A stretch of DNA of 64,000 nucleotides. It comes from Octopus vulgaris. Taxonomy: Eukaryota. Where the stretch lies: NCBI GenBank assembly GCA_951406725.2, contig OX597816.1:64418001-64482000 (forward strand). The letters run 5' to 3'. Numbering within the stretch: position 1 is the first letter of the stretch; every line of letters starts with the position of its first letter. The translations under genes and the position numbers were made by a program. The notes below the pieces were generated by a model, which had not been told where the DNA came from, made no database searches, and saw only the letters and a list, made by a program, of their open reading frames with translations. Below, in pieces: positions 24,436-36,933 of the stretch.

Positions 24436-25343
24436 TTTAAAGTGATATACTTACATGGACAGGCATGCCAAATTGTAAGGATTCATAAATCTTATGAAAG
24501 TTACATTGGTTGTTTCCCGTTGCATTATACAGTTTTATATACAGTATACAATGCTTGTCACCTGCTCTTTGAATGCACAGTGATGACGAGTTCTCATGAT
24601 CTCACAGCATATCTCCTCACTAGCAGTCTAAGAGGTTTGTGTGACACATGTCTATATGCCAGTTCTCTTCTAGCACCTTATGCACAGGACTATATTCTCC
24701 TATTTGACACAATTAACTGAGCATTACCACTCCAATCTAGAAGACACCGGGAAGTAATGACAGCAAAACATTAACTGCATACACCTCAAAACGTTTGAAC
24801 TTCCGAAGTGATGTTTCGTCACACTGTACATTTTAACGTCTTAGTTTTTTATGAGAGCTTTCCCTGATATTTCTAGCAGGTCGAATGACGCCTTAGAAAT
24901 TCTCTTTTCATACGTGTAGTATATGGCTAAATTACCTGGTGGAAAATGAAACCATAATAAAATTGTTATCAATCAACGTTTTCATTACTTCACAACAAAC
25001 TCAGCATTCTAGAATGTAACGTCAGCAATTTTTCTTTGTCTGAATCATAACAAAATATTAGAATCTTTTAAGACCAGGTTCCGTATTTTAATTATAATTC
25101 TGAGAGAAACTGCAGTAATAGAAAAAAAAAAAGTTAAGAAAGAAAACCATGTTGATATTTGTTTGTATTATATTACTTCAAATGTGGAAAATCTGATAGC
25201 AAAAGAAATATATAAATATACAATACCAAATATAATGTAAACCTCTTTATGCATATATAATATATTCTTTGACATGGCTGTATTAAGCAATAATCCTCAA
25301 TATCAAATATAATCCTGTTATAATATTCCGCAGCATTGCTATT

Positions 25344-25403
<60 letters not shown>

Positions 25404-26368
25404 TGTACATCTGTATCAAAACTGATATTGATTTAAGCTATCGTTCTCTTGTAATAATTCTCTCCAGTTCGTGCCCATTAATATCAAACTATTTTTACAA
25501 ATTTGGGTCAAGGTGAATCGATCTGATTCTCAATGTAAACATTGTACCATTACCTTTCTCTGCTATTATCCACATATTCCCTGTTTCTATTTATTCCATG
25601 GTCTCAGAATGTAACTAGTCTCAAGTCACAAAGAAGTTTATCAGACATACTTAAACTTATCGGATCTGACGTGTATTGTAGGGAAACCTGAAATCAATAA
25701 TGCTAAAATATGCCAAGATCCAATGGAAACTCAACTGGAAATCTTCTCTAAGTTAATCTAACAATAAATCGTTTAGTTTGCTTTCCATTCTTTACCTATT
25801 TTTGGCAGATCGTGTCCAATGAATCATGTTTATCTCCGGCTATCCTTAGCTTACGAAACATGATTAAATATTTGTAAGTAGGAATTCGCCAAAATTCAGT
25901 GATGCGAAAGAAAAGTTTGCATATTACTTGGAAACCAAAATAACCAAACAAATATCAACATTTATATACTTTTTGCTGAATATTTCCCGGTGAGATTTAA
26001 TTTTTGGCCATTTTACAATAATTTCATTAATTTTCAATTATCTCTAACACACAGACTTAACCCTAGACGTATCATCACATTGCTTCATTTCATACACTAA
26101 TAAATATAAATTTATTGAATAAATGTCAAAGTGTATAGAGAAAGGATTATTACATTTCGATTAGTTTTGCAAAATTTGACATAACCTAAACAAAAGTCGT
26201 TGGAACTGTATAATGGAATAGAGTTTAAGCGATTATTATTGTTATAAGAAAATATTGTGCTACTATGTAATCTCAGTCAGCTCTTTTATATTAAATGCTT
26301 CCTCTTTCTAGTTCATTTTCCTGTCTTCCATTTTTCTAACATTTATTCAACGTGTTGCTGCTGCTGTC

Positions 26369-26391
26369 TTCTTCTTCTTCTTCTTCTTCTT

Positions 26392-26423
<32 letters not shown>

Positions 26424-26896
26424 AATCAGGACTCACGCCATTACCCACAAAGAATAATCTCTGATTCGAGCCCACTCTAAGCTACTAAGTACGCGTGTGG
26501 CAACTTGGAGATCCACCCACCACATGCGATAGACTGGTGGTTGCACGGGCGCGAAAGCTACGTTGTTATCCTCATTCCGTAAACGTGTCCTCATTCCGGT
26601 GGTTTTTACAGGTGGAGAGCATCCTGAGGTACAGAGGATTCTCAATCTAGACTAGGGTCAGAAAGTTTACCACACCATAGTAGGTTACACCATGGCTCTT
26701 CTGTTTTGTGGCAGAAGCAGGAAGAAAGAATGAAAGTTGTGGTGAAAGAGTACACGGGGTGGTTTACGCCCCGGAGGAGCCTCGGGGAACTTAGGTGTTT
26801 TTGCTCAATTAACACACACAATGCTCGGTCTGGGAATCGAAACCGCATTCTTACGACCGCGAGTCTGCTGCCCTAACCACTGGGCCATTGCGCCTC
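26369..26896 (-). mobile_element. SINE family C (tRNA-derived head) with (AAG)n tail
   Basis: Minus strand gaggcgcaaTGGCCCAGTGGttagggc...gcgGTTTCGATTCCcagacc (A and B boxes). Head and body shared with 29309-29790. Ends in (CTT)n on the plus strand. Confidence 0.85.
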
Positions 26897-27961
26897 AACC
26901 GTCGCTGTTGTTTGTTTCTGTGTCTGAAGACGTCGAGCAGTTCTAGGACTCAAGAGCTCAACAAATTTCCCACTTATCTTTTGTTACTCAGAGCTGTACA
27001 ATATCGAACATGATTTTGTTTTATTTAATGTAGGATATAATCTGGGGATATTTAGCTGCTATTTCTAACAGATATTTTCTCGTTTGGATGTAAGAAAAAA
27101 TGATGCATTGATAGGCATATAGTACCAGCAACACCACTAGCATCGAAAACACTCAATGCAAAGCTCATATTACTTTCACCGAGATAAGATGATAGTTTAC
27201 GAGTCTGAATCACGAAGCTGTTATTCTAATTATATAATTTACATGAATTTTCGATAACATGCTAGGAATAGAAAATTAGGTTCATAAACATGAATAACCG
27301 GTCACAATCATGGATCTAACTAGATCATGAAGGATATATGATATAATTAAAATTATCTCGGCTAAAATAATCCTTGTTACATCATTCAATATAACGATCA
27401 GGTCTTCTCAGTTTCAGGTAACAGCTTCTCAATTTTAAGATACTATAAATATAAAAAAAGACATAAACTTGATTTGGCGTTCATTTAATAATTGTACGTC
27501 TATACATCTCGCTATTTTGTCATTGATTATACACAATTCTATACTTCCTTACATTATGCAACGAAATAAATTGGCTATTTTGGAAAGACTGCATCATTCA
27601 AGCAAATGGAGATTACCTGCATTATTATTAATACGCTATAATAATCAAATTTGCTATACGATGATTACAGAGATATACTCTGGAGGTGTTATTAGAAGAG
27701 AACTGTTCTATAGCAGGCAGCAAACAATAGTTTCAAGGAATTTTTAGTGATATTTTATAGACAATGTCACATACCGTTATGATTATTACCCTCCGTTTAT
27801 CTGTTCGCCTGGAGATGTTAAATAAAATATCTTTTGTCACAATAGTAATTTCAAACATAAAGTAACTATATCATCTACAACAATAATTGTTTTACGTTTT
27901 TACTTTGCTCTCGTCCGAATATCATATTTTCCTTAGAAATTACATTATCTTCACCATTTTT

Positions 27962-28165
27962 GCGGTGAGCTGGCAAAATCGTTACAATGTCGATCAAAAC
28001 ATAAAGAAGCAGCGCAGTATTCTGTTTCTTCGCGTTCTGATTTCAAATCCGATCGGTATTAACTATGCATTCATCATTGTGTTCGATAACCTACCATTCA
28101 ATTGTTGATGGCAATGATATCGACTCCCCTCAAATTACTAGCCTTGTACATAAATCAGAAACCAC
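27962..28165 (+). mobile_element. Decayed SINE family B
   Basis: gcggtgagctggcaaaatcgtta...gttctgatttcaaatccg...tcgactcccctcaaattactagccttgt. Confidence 0.7.
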
Positions 28166-28191
28166 CATTTCTTCTATGCCTTTCTATCGTT

Positions 28192-28474
28192 TTTTCATCT
28201 CTTCTTCCAATCATTTGACTGTGGCCATGCTGGAGCACCGCCTTGAAGGGTTTTAGTCGAACAAATCGACACCCAGGACTTATTTTCTTCCTTTTAAGCT
28301 TAGTACTTATTCTATCAGTCTGTTTCATCGAATCGCTAATTTACAGTGACGTAAACATACAAACACCGGTTGTCAAGCGGTAGTGGGAGGCAAGCACAAA
28401 CACAACGACACACACACACACACACATACAAAGACACACACGCGCACACGCAATATCTTTTATCTTCTTGTTTC

Positions 28475-28516
<42 letters not shown>

Positions 28517-28677
28517 TACCTATGAAGGGCTTCTTTCAGTTTCTCTCTACCAAATGAATACACAGGACTTTGGTCGGCCGGAGGCTAAAATATAAGACAG
28601 TATCTACACATGTGGACTGAACCCGGAACCATGTGGTTAGGAAGCAAGATTCTTACAACACTGACACGCCTGCGTCT
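28192..28677 (-). mobile_element. SINE family A with internal (CA)n/(GATA)n
   Basis: Full-length reverse-complement match to the family A consensus. Confidence 0.9.
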
Positions 28678-28759
28678 ATGTTGATTAATATGTAAATCAA
28701 TTCAGCATTTTAAATATAAATGCTTGTGGTAATATACTTCAGCCCATGCAACAGTCCGG

Positions 28760-28890
28760 TTCTTCGAGAAACAAGGGAACAGAGCCATGCTTCTCTAATC
28801 CCATTCGACTTATCCAAAGACATTGAAGTATACGTGTCCCTTGACGAACTCTACCGCCGCCTAAGTAAGTGTGAGGGACCGAAATACAAA
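28760..28890 (+). mobile_element. Short decayed RTE-like reverse transcriptase fragment
   Basis: LRETREQSHASLIPFDLSKDIEVYVSLDELYRRLSKCEGP resembles the RTE-clade pattern EKCREQ.....F.DL.KAFD.VSR..L...L.K.GCP. Confidence 0.45.
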
Positions 28891-28976
28891 CCTCAGTACG
28901 GATGGACTTCGCCAAGATGCTATAGCTAAGAGAATACATGCCACGTTTTATAAGGAAAGTCTATGACACTCTAAAT

Positions 28977-29195
28977 CAGCGGTTCTCTACCGTGGTCCAC
29001 ATAACCCTCAGGGGTTCACATACGATTTTATTTTAAAAATTTATGTGCAATATATTGGTTATACTTCTACGATGCACAAAATATTTTAAACAATTTTTAT
29101 GCATTTCCTAATAATATTTCGAGTAAAATAGGCGAAAAATGGTTGACAATCTGGTGCATGAAAGTAAGGTGAGGGAAACGGTTGATATCGTAGAC
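28977..29195. mobile_element. hAT-like MITE, decayed
   Basis: Starts cagcggttctctacc (hAT-type CAGTGGTTCTCAAC terminus) and ends near aaacggttgatatc, about 210 bp. Confidence 0.5.
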
Positions 29196-29308
29196 CGCAG
29201 ACACGCCTACTATCAAATCCTAACATCGTAAGGACATATTGTAGCAGAACCGATACCGTGAACGATTTACGAACTGGTGATGACAAACACCCAGCAGCAA
29301 CAGCAGTG

Positions 29309-29790
29309 GAAGCGCAATGGCCCAATGGTTAGAGCAGCGGACTCGTTGTCGAAGGATCGCGGTTTCGATTCCCAGACCGGGTGCTGTGTGTGTTTATTCA
29401 GCGAAAACACCTACAGCGCCACGAGGCTCCGGTAGGGGGGTGGGGGTGGCGACCCCTGTTGTACTCTTTCGCTCCAACTTTCTCTCACTCTTTCTTCCTG
29501 TTTCTTGTCCCCGACTTCCTACGCAACCACCGAGCCTGGATGCGCATTTATCCATCCGTCGACGCTCTCGGTATCGGGGGTTGACCTGCTTTCTCTTCTG
29601 CGGGTCTTACGAATAGCAAAGGACCACGTTTCGGACTGCGGACAGTCCTGAGACGCGCAACAGCAACAGCAGCAACAACAGCAACAACAGCAACAACCAG
29701 GGAGACAACAACGGCCGACGAACTGATTAAGACAACAACAACAACAACAGCAGCTCAGGAACAAAACATCAACAACAACAACAACATCGA
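29309..29790 (+). mobile_element. SINE family C with (CAA/CAG)n tail
   Basis: agcgcaaTGGCCCAATGGttagagc...gcgGTTTCGATTCCcagacc. The 3' half differs from the 26369-26896 copy. Confidence 0.85.
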
Positions 29791-30056
29791 CAGCATGAAA
29801 ACAAGTAAAAGATAAAAGTTAAATGCAATTTGAATATAAGAAAAATATAGGAAGCTGAAGTAATTGGTATATTTGTAATAAAATACTTCGAAATCAACAG
29901 GACGTAAGAGAACAAGTTTTATTTTGGATTTCTTTTATTAGGTCAACATTTTGAGAAAACCACGAATGTGCAGTTATGCAATCCTTTCTAGAGATATTAC
30001 TAGAGCTTGTGTGTGTTTGGGTGTATGCATATGTACATATCACTTTCTGTATGCAC

Positions 30057-30112
<56 letters not shown>

Positions 30113-30487
30113 TAACAATATAGGATTGGTAACCATTACAATTTGTAGCGGCGAAAGGTCAAGACGTTGTTTCTGAGGCTGACCAAAGAATTTTTATTTT
30201 TAGATATAAATGATGTACTCAAGTGTAGTTATGTTTTTAGCTTGTGCTTTTTCCATGATCATACATGAGTATTTTATTTATATCCCATCGAAAGCTCTAC
30301 TGAAGAAAGAATATATCTTTTATTATAAGATTAATTCCGAAATCGATTCAATATAGAGATAACGAAATTTAAATTTTCTAAAGGTTAGTTGCCCGTTTTC
30401 AGTTTCAATTCTCCTGTAGCAAGCGGATTATAAGCGGATAAATCAGTGTATTGGCTTTAGAATAACCCTCTTTAGCCCTTAATTATA

Positions 30488-30539
<52 letters not shown>

Positions 30540-30640
30540 GTATAAACATATATACATATGTATATATATGCATATATACATATCTATCTATATATATATA
30601 TAAATATATATATACATATATACATAAATATATATATACA

Positions 30641-30686
30641 GCGGTGGTGTCCCAGCATGGCCGCGGCCTTCGGGCTAAAACATTTT
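30641..30686 (+). mobile_element. LINE-type 3' tail module variant (ggcc-ttcg-ggct hairpin) inside (TA)n
   Basis: gcggtggtgtcccagcatggccgcggccttcgggctaaaac. Confidence 0.6.
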
Positions 30687-30696
30687 AACGATTTAA

Positions 30697-30745
<49 letters not shown>

Positions 30746-30778
30746 CACACACACACACACATTAATATTCATATATGT

Positions 30779-30937
30779 GTACAGGATGTCACCAACAGTA
30801 AACATGAAATACGAAAACAAATGAGTTCAATACGCAAACAACGAGAAAAACAAATGGAAAACAGGACAAGTAACATAAAGAACGACCAGTCATCAGTTGT
30901 GGGCTGTCTGTCTACTCCCCATTTTGAGCATTGAACA
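30779..30937. mobile_element. TA-embedded repeat, same family as 55906-56153
   Basis: gtacaggatgtcac...catgaaatacgaaaacaa...gacaagtaacataaagaacg...tcatcagttgt..gctgtc..tctactc. Confidence 0.8.
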
Positions 30938-30992
30938 CATCCACATATACACATATATATATATGTATATACATACATATATATATATACAT

Positions 30993-31044
<52 letters not shown>

Positions 31045-32839
31045 CTGTATATGAAATTTAAATCAATAATGAGAATCATTTGTCGGGAATTATGGGGATT
31101 GTTATGTGTGTAAACATTATTTAGTCATTTACGATAAAAACATAAGTAATCAATTTTGAAACGAGAGGGAAAAAGAAGACGAAATTGTGAAATTGAGAAA
31201 CACTATATAGGCTTCAAAATCCAACGAGGATGAGATTAAAAATGACTCAGCTAAACGTGTCTCCTAGAAGTATTAGGTATATGCACCTGCTAATCTCTAT
31301 TTTGTACGTTAAATACAACTTCACACTATTTCACCAGAAATTCACAATTCTCTTGGGAAATATTGATAGCATCTGCTATACTTTAAAATATCTTTCAGAA
31401 AAATAGGATGTAAAGTGAAGTGAAAATAATCCGAAAGTTAGTTATTTATATGTTAGTACAACATTATTCCCTTCCTTCTACAAGCACTGAGTCTAATCTA
31501 CGAAATACACGTGTATTGGATAAAGTTTTCAGGATAAATTGTCCAATAAGAATGTTAATTGACTAGGTCTGAATAGAAGGTATCTATTCCAAATACAACA
31601 GTAACCAAACTAAACAAGCTGTTAGTAATGTCTAAAAAGGAAAAAGAATCTAAAAAGAGATAAACTCAAGACTCGAGGCGTCTGAGTATTGATTGTAAAG
31701 TAATACGTGAATGGCTGCAATTTCTAACGATCCCTTCTATAATTTATACCAGTATACTTGCAACACTTTCCACAATATAAGCTTATACAAATGTCTATAT
31801 ATATGTATATACACGTGTATACATATGTAATATATATGGATATTTGAACATGTGCTTGTATGTATATGTATGCATGCTTTCTCTTCTTGAGAAAACTTAT
31901 AGTATTTTACTAAATGTATCTTTGAATAAATTGGATATAAACTTTCCATGAACCTCATTGTTTATGCGTGAAAAATCATAGCTTATAGATAGCTTAATCT
32001 AATGCCAATCAATATAATGTTGTACGTCTTTAGTCAGCGTTGCCTTTTCAAATAAATTCTTAATTGAATGTAATCTATGCCTTTTTTGACCTGTGGGGCT
32101 TCTTCTATCTATGAAAAGTTATCTCTTTGACGATTTCTATTCTTTACGTTTTCACATATATTTTTTTATACTTAATATTGCTTTCATGAAATAGATAACA
32201 ACTAAAATTCTCTATATAGTCGTTAAATAATGATCCTTTACTCTGAACATTTAAACTTTTTAACAAGTTAAGATGAAGCAAGCAAGCCACGAACCGATTA
32301 GAATATTTCTGATCTCATCACCTGAATTGTGCTGTGGTCTTTTAACTATAAATAGTTAACCATATTTTAAAAGAGCCAATATATACAGGTACGTATAACA
32401 CCAAGCAATGTATATTCGTTAATTTGTTTACTATTTAATAAAGTCTTTGCATAACTAATTACGGTTTACTAGGAACAGTAAGACAATCTACCTGAAATCG
32501 CACTCCTCAGATTTACAAACCAGACGATTATTTGCTTAGATGGAACAAATATAGTCATCCAAAAGTGACGGGATGATCATGTTGCACTGCTGTAAATAAG
32601 GTGTCCGATTGATCAATGCTGGTGTGGAGTTAAGGAACATCAACAGCAATAACACTAGCAAAATCAACAACAAATAGTCTCACTTTTGTAGACAATGCAG
32701 TCATTACTAGATAATTACAAGTCGTTTCTACTGAAGTTGAAATATTGAGAAAGTAAACTTGAATATCCACTATTCTTATTTGGTATACAACTATAACGTT
32801 TATTGAGATTAAAGCAACATATATATATATATATATATA

Positions 32840-32955
32840 AAGTATAGGAAAGAATGGAGCTGAACGAAGATTTAACAAAATTCCTTTATTATAAAGGAAT
32901 TTATAATAAAGGAATTTTGTTAAATCTTCGTTCAGCTCCATTCTTTCCTATACTT
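32840..32955. repeat. Perfect 56-bp inverted repeat with 4-nt spacer
   Basis: 32840-32895 is the exact reverse complement of 32900-32955. Spacer is ggaa. Confidence 0.95.
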
Positions 32956-33102
32956 AATATATTAAACTTCAAATTTCCGCACTAAGGCACGGATTCTATG
33001 CCCTATGGTCGTAACTTCAACCGTGCTTTTTCTGTTGTGAGTTTGCTACCCAGGTATCGGTTATCTTTCGAATTATCCGTGATAAGATAATTCATTTGTC
33101 TA

Positions 33103-33178
<76 letters not shown>

Positions 33179-33188
33179 CATATATATA

Positions 33189-34350
33189 ATAAAGTATTAG
33201 GGAATAAATCCAAACTTACAGGGAAAAATAAGATTTAGGATTAAATCCAATTTTATAGTATAAATATATTATATTATATTATATTAAATTAGAGATAAGA
33301 CCACTATTAGGCAAATCAAACAATGAAAAACATAAGCCAATACATAAAATTAATTAATTTATATTATTTTAAATATATATCAAAAATATTAAAAGTTTAG
33401 TAAAAGATAAAGAGTAAAACACTACGATCGTTTCATGGCTGTGCAATTCGTAATAATTCGAGTTATGGTTACAGTCAATCTTCAGGTTAATTGAAATATC
33501 TAAAATATAATCAGAAATATTTAAACAATATTTTTAAGATATAAATAATATAATAATTTTACTTATAATAAACTCTATTATCAAACTAGAAACATAAAAC
33601 TTAACAATTATGATTATATCAAAATCGACTATAATGTTAAATATCAATTTTAATTTATAAGGTAGGAAACCCACCAATAATCTAATATCGGTATTAGTCT
33701 ATATCTAATTACATAAATATTTTAAAATGACAAATATATATAAATTATCAATGAAAATATATAAATGTATATAAATAATATGATTAAGATCTAAAATAAT
33801 CTCTATAAATATATATATATGCACATATAATAAAAACCTAATAAATTAATTTTTCATATTTAAAGATGAAATAGCTAATTTCAAAATACAAATAAACAAA
33901 CTTAAACGAACTTTCGGAAATCTTATGTAAAATACTTATAGAAATAATCAATTCGTAGTAATATAGTATCGAATAAATACTATAAATATAATTATCAATG
34001 GGAATAACTAGCGAATATCAACTTAAAGAAATAACTAAGTTATGCTATTAAATTAGACATGGCCTGGACCAATCTTTAGTCGAAACATATCTAAGTTTAT
34101 CAAAGTTTATCTAATTTAATTATAAATTTAAAACTACAATTAATACTATTAAAACATGTATATACAAAAGCCTAACTTAATACACCTCGTATGCTTGCTA
34201 TCAAATAACAAATCTATCGCTAAGTAGTATCTTACGAATAAACTTAAATTTAATATCTAATAATATAGAAAATTACGATCTAATTATCGTAATTTTATAT
34301 TCTAACGTTTATTATTTTGGATATATTGAATATGCGAAATCATTTCTACA
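33189..34350 (-). mobile_element. Very AT-rich element abutting (TA)n, probable PLE 3' region or pseudo-LTR, with hammerhead motif
   Basis: Terminus repeated at 23665-23760. Hammerhead core at 33419-33488. Right boundary is uncertain. Confidence 0.55.
33419..33488 (-). ncRNA. Candidate minimal type-I hammerhead ribozyme with palindromic stem III
   Basis: AC CUGAAGA U UGACUGU-(28 nt)-ACAGCCA U GAAA CGAUCG UA GU. Stem II 6/7 paired, stem III region ACGAUCGU self-complementary, GUA triplet. Stem I is only 2 bp in this copy. Confidence 0.6.
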
Positions 34351-34570
34351 TAAGAACAAGGCCTGAAATTTTGGGAGAGGAGGCTAGTCGATTCCACAAA
34401 CCCGAGGACTAAACTTCTATTTATTTAGGATAAAAGGCTAAGTCGATCTCGGCAGCGTGCTAGGATAAAGTGTGAGCTGGCAAAGCGCTGAGCTAGCCGA
34501 ACCGTCAGCATACGGGGAAAAAATGTTTAGCAGCATTTTTCCGGTTTTACGTTGTGTTCACATCCCGCCA
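34350..34570. mobile_element. Two back-to-back decayed SINE family B fragments (minus then plus)
   Basis: acaaggcctgaaattttgggag...gtcgatctcggcag (minus) followed by gtgagctggcaaa...aaaatgtttagcagcattt (plus). Confidence 0.55.
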
Positions 34571-35296
34571 AGATTTTTGAAGTTGGAAGAAGTATGAGTG
34601 GAACACTTATGAGTACACATCTGTTTAAATAAGGATAAACAATGACAATTATAGCGCCCAGTTGTATCAGTATAATAGCTTAAAGATGTTAACCTTAACT
34701 AAATTAGAATTAAAGCCCGGATATGTAACAATATAACATCTTAGAGATCTTAATCTTATTTCAATTGTCATAGATTGTTAGGAATGCTGGCTTCAATGCC
34801 ATAAACTTCGAAGACAAAATATATCTAACAAACAAGACAATTGGAACATACTTGCAGACGAACACTGATACATATCAACCACGATGATGGATGACATGTA
34901 ACGCACATACATAGGCAGCACGAACTTATGTATGTGTGTCTGTGATTTCTCTATGTATATAAACTGTAGTTATCACGATTTTAAGTACAAATTCGTGGTT
35001 AGCTGCGAGGGGCTACGTTTGTGTGTGAGCAGGGAAATATGTAAGCAAAATATATGCATACATTCTAAAATAGAATAGGTGAAAAAAGAAAATACATTCT
35101 CAGCAGTATTTCTTTCGCTGAGAATATGTCATAGTGACAATAATTTTGTCAAATACCTAAAAGATAAGAAAGCAATTAATAACTCGATTCTGTCATTCAG
35201 TGCGTATGGAGATAATATCATTCTGGTTTTGACAGTATATACTCTATAACACATGTGAACAATTGTGTGAGTTCATGACTCCGACACTGCATGTAT

Positions 35297-35550
<254 letters not shown>

Positions 35551-36255
35551 AGTTCTGACACCGACTTTCTTCATGTCAAAAAAAAGCGACATATGGTATG
35601 AATCAATTGATTTTGTCAGATTGTTTCCATTTGATAGTTAGAAAATAAATAGAAAAATCTAATCATTCCTAATATTCGCTGAAACTACAAAGCAACTAGC
35701 TGTAAAAGCAAAAACGCCTGACAGATTTAAAAGGTCACAGCTACATCTTTCTTAAACATTAGTCTCTTGCGCAAAGCAGGTGATCTCTTTCTCTGAGGGT
35801 ATATTCTTAGGTTTTCTTCTTTTACATCTATCAGACATTTTGCAATCTGCAATGATAAATTGCGAAGAATGACGTTATTATTTCATCAGAATAATTTTTT
35901 TAAATATTGAATTGGTGCTGTCTAATATTATATGGAAGAAACGGTGATAACCTATATCGTTTCCACACGGTAAAATATCCCGAGTTTATTGCCCGTGTAT
36001 TATAATTGATTTCTTTAATAATTGAGGACCTTATATGACATACTTCCTTAAACACTACAGTCTACAGTCCCTCTTAAAAGTAATATACGCGATAAACGTA
36101 CTGAAACAGATTTCGTGTCTATTGTAAATGGCAGGCAATTTGCATGCAACAAAGATGAATTTCATTAGAAATGCAAGCATATACATAGCTAATAGATACC
36201 ACATACACACACATACATACACATATGCATATGTGTGTGTGTGTGTATATATATA

Positions 36256-36435
36256 TTTTTTTTTTTTTCCTCTGTCTTCCCTTCTCTGGATCTTTCCTTC
36301 TCCTATGTTTCCGACGAAGAGCACCGCTCGAAGCGTTAAACCCTCCTTCTTTCCTACTTCCCTGAGCGTCCAATAATACTATATTTGTTCCACGTCCTCG
36401 CGTTGTTGTGTTTCTTTGTGCTTTCTTGTTTGGAT

Positions 36436-36440
<5 letters not shown>
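36256..36440 (+). mobile_element. TA-embedded about 185-bp non-coding element with hammerhead motif
   Basis: Bounded by (TA)n. The 3' end tgtttggattaac|tata recurs in reverse orientation at 63185-63225. Confidence 0.75.
36307..36341 (+). ncRNA. Candidate minimal type-I hammerhead ribozyme (35 nt), two core deviations
   Basis: GUUU CCGACGA A GAGC-ACC-GCUC GAAG CG UU AAAC. Stem I (GUUU/AAAC) and stem II (GAGC/GCUC) are perfect. Core differs from CUGANGA/GAAA at U4C and A15G. Confidence 0.65.
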
Positions 36441-36519
<79 letters not shown>

Positions 36520-36540
36520 TACACACACGCACATATATAC

Positions 36541-36576
<36 letters not shown>

Positions 36577-36933
36577 ATTGTGTATGTATGTGAGTGTTGG
36601 TGTGTGTGTATATGTGTGTGTATGTATGTGAATATGTGTGTGTTGGTGTGTATATATATAAAGGAGCAGAATAAAACTGGATATTCGATAACAGCATTTG
36701 TTTGTCGTATAAAATACATAATGTTTACACGTTATTTTGCAAGTGTGTACCAGTATGCTATGTACTAATCTTTACGTAGACGATTACATAATCACTTCAA
36801 TCCATTGCTGCTAATCAACATGAGCTCTTACGCAGAGCCATGCTGAGAGAATATGCATATATGAGCAAGATTATACGCAATCAAAACCAAAGAGCTTAGA
36901 GAGTATTTGGAAGCATCCAATGAAATTAGGCCA

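Noticed and set aside
26820-26896. tRNA-like sequence with A and B boxes (also 29309-29385)
   Set aside because: No complete cloverleaf, and it continues into a repeated body and tail, so it is a SINE head and not a tRNA gene.
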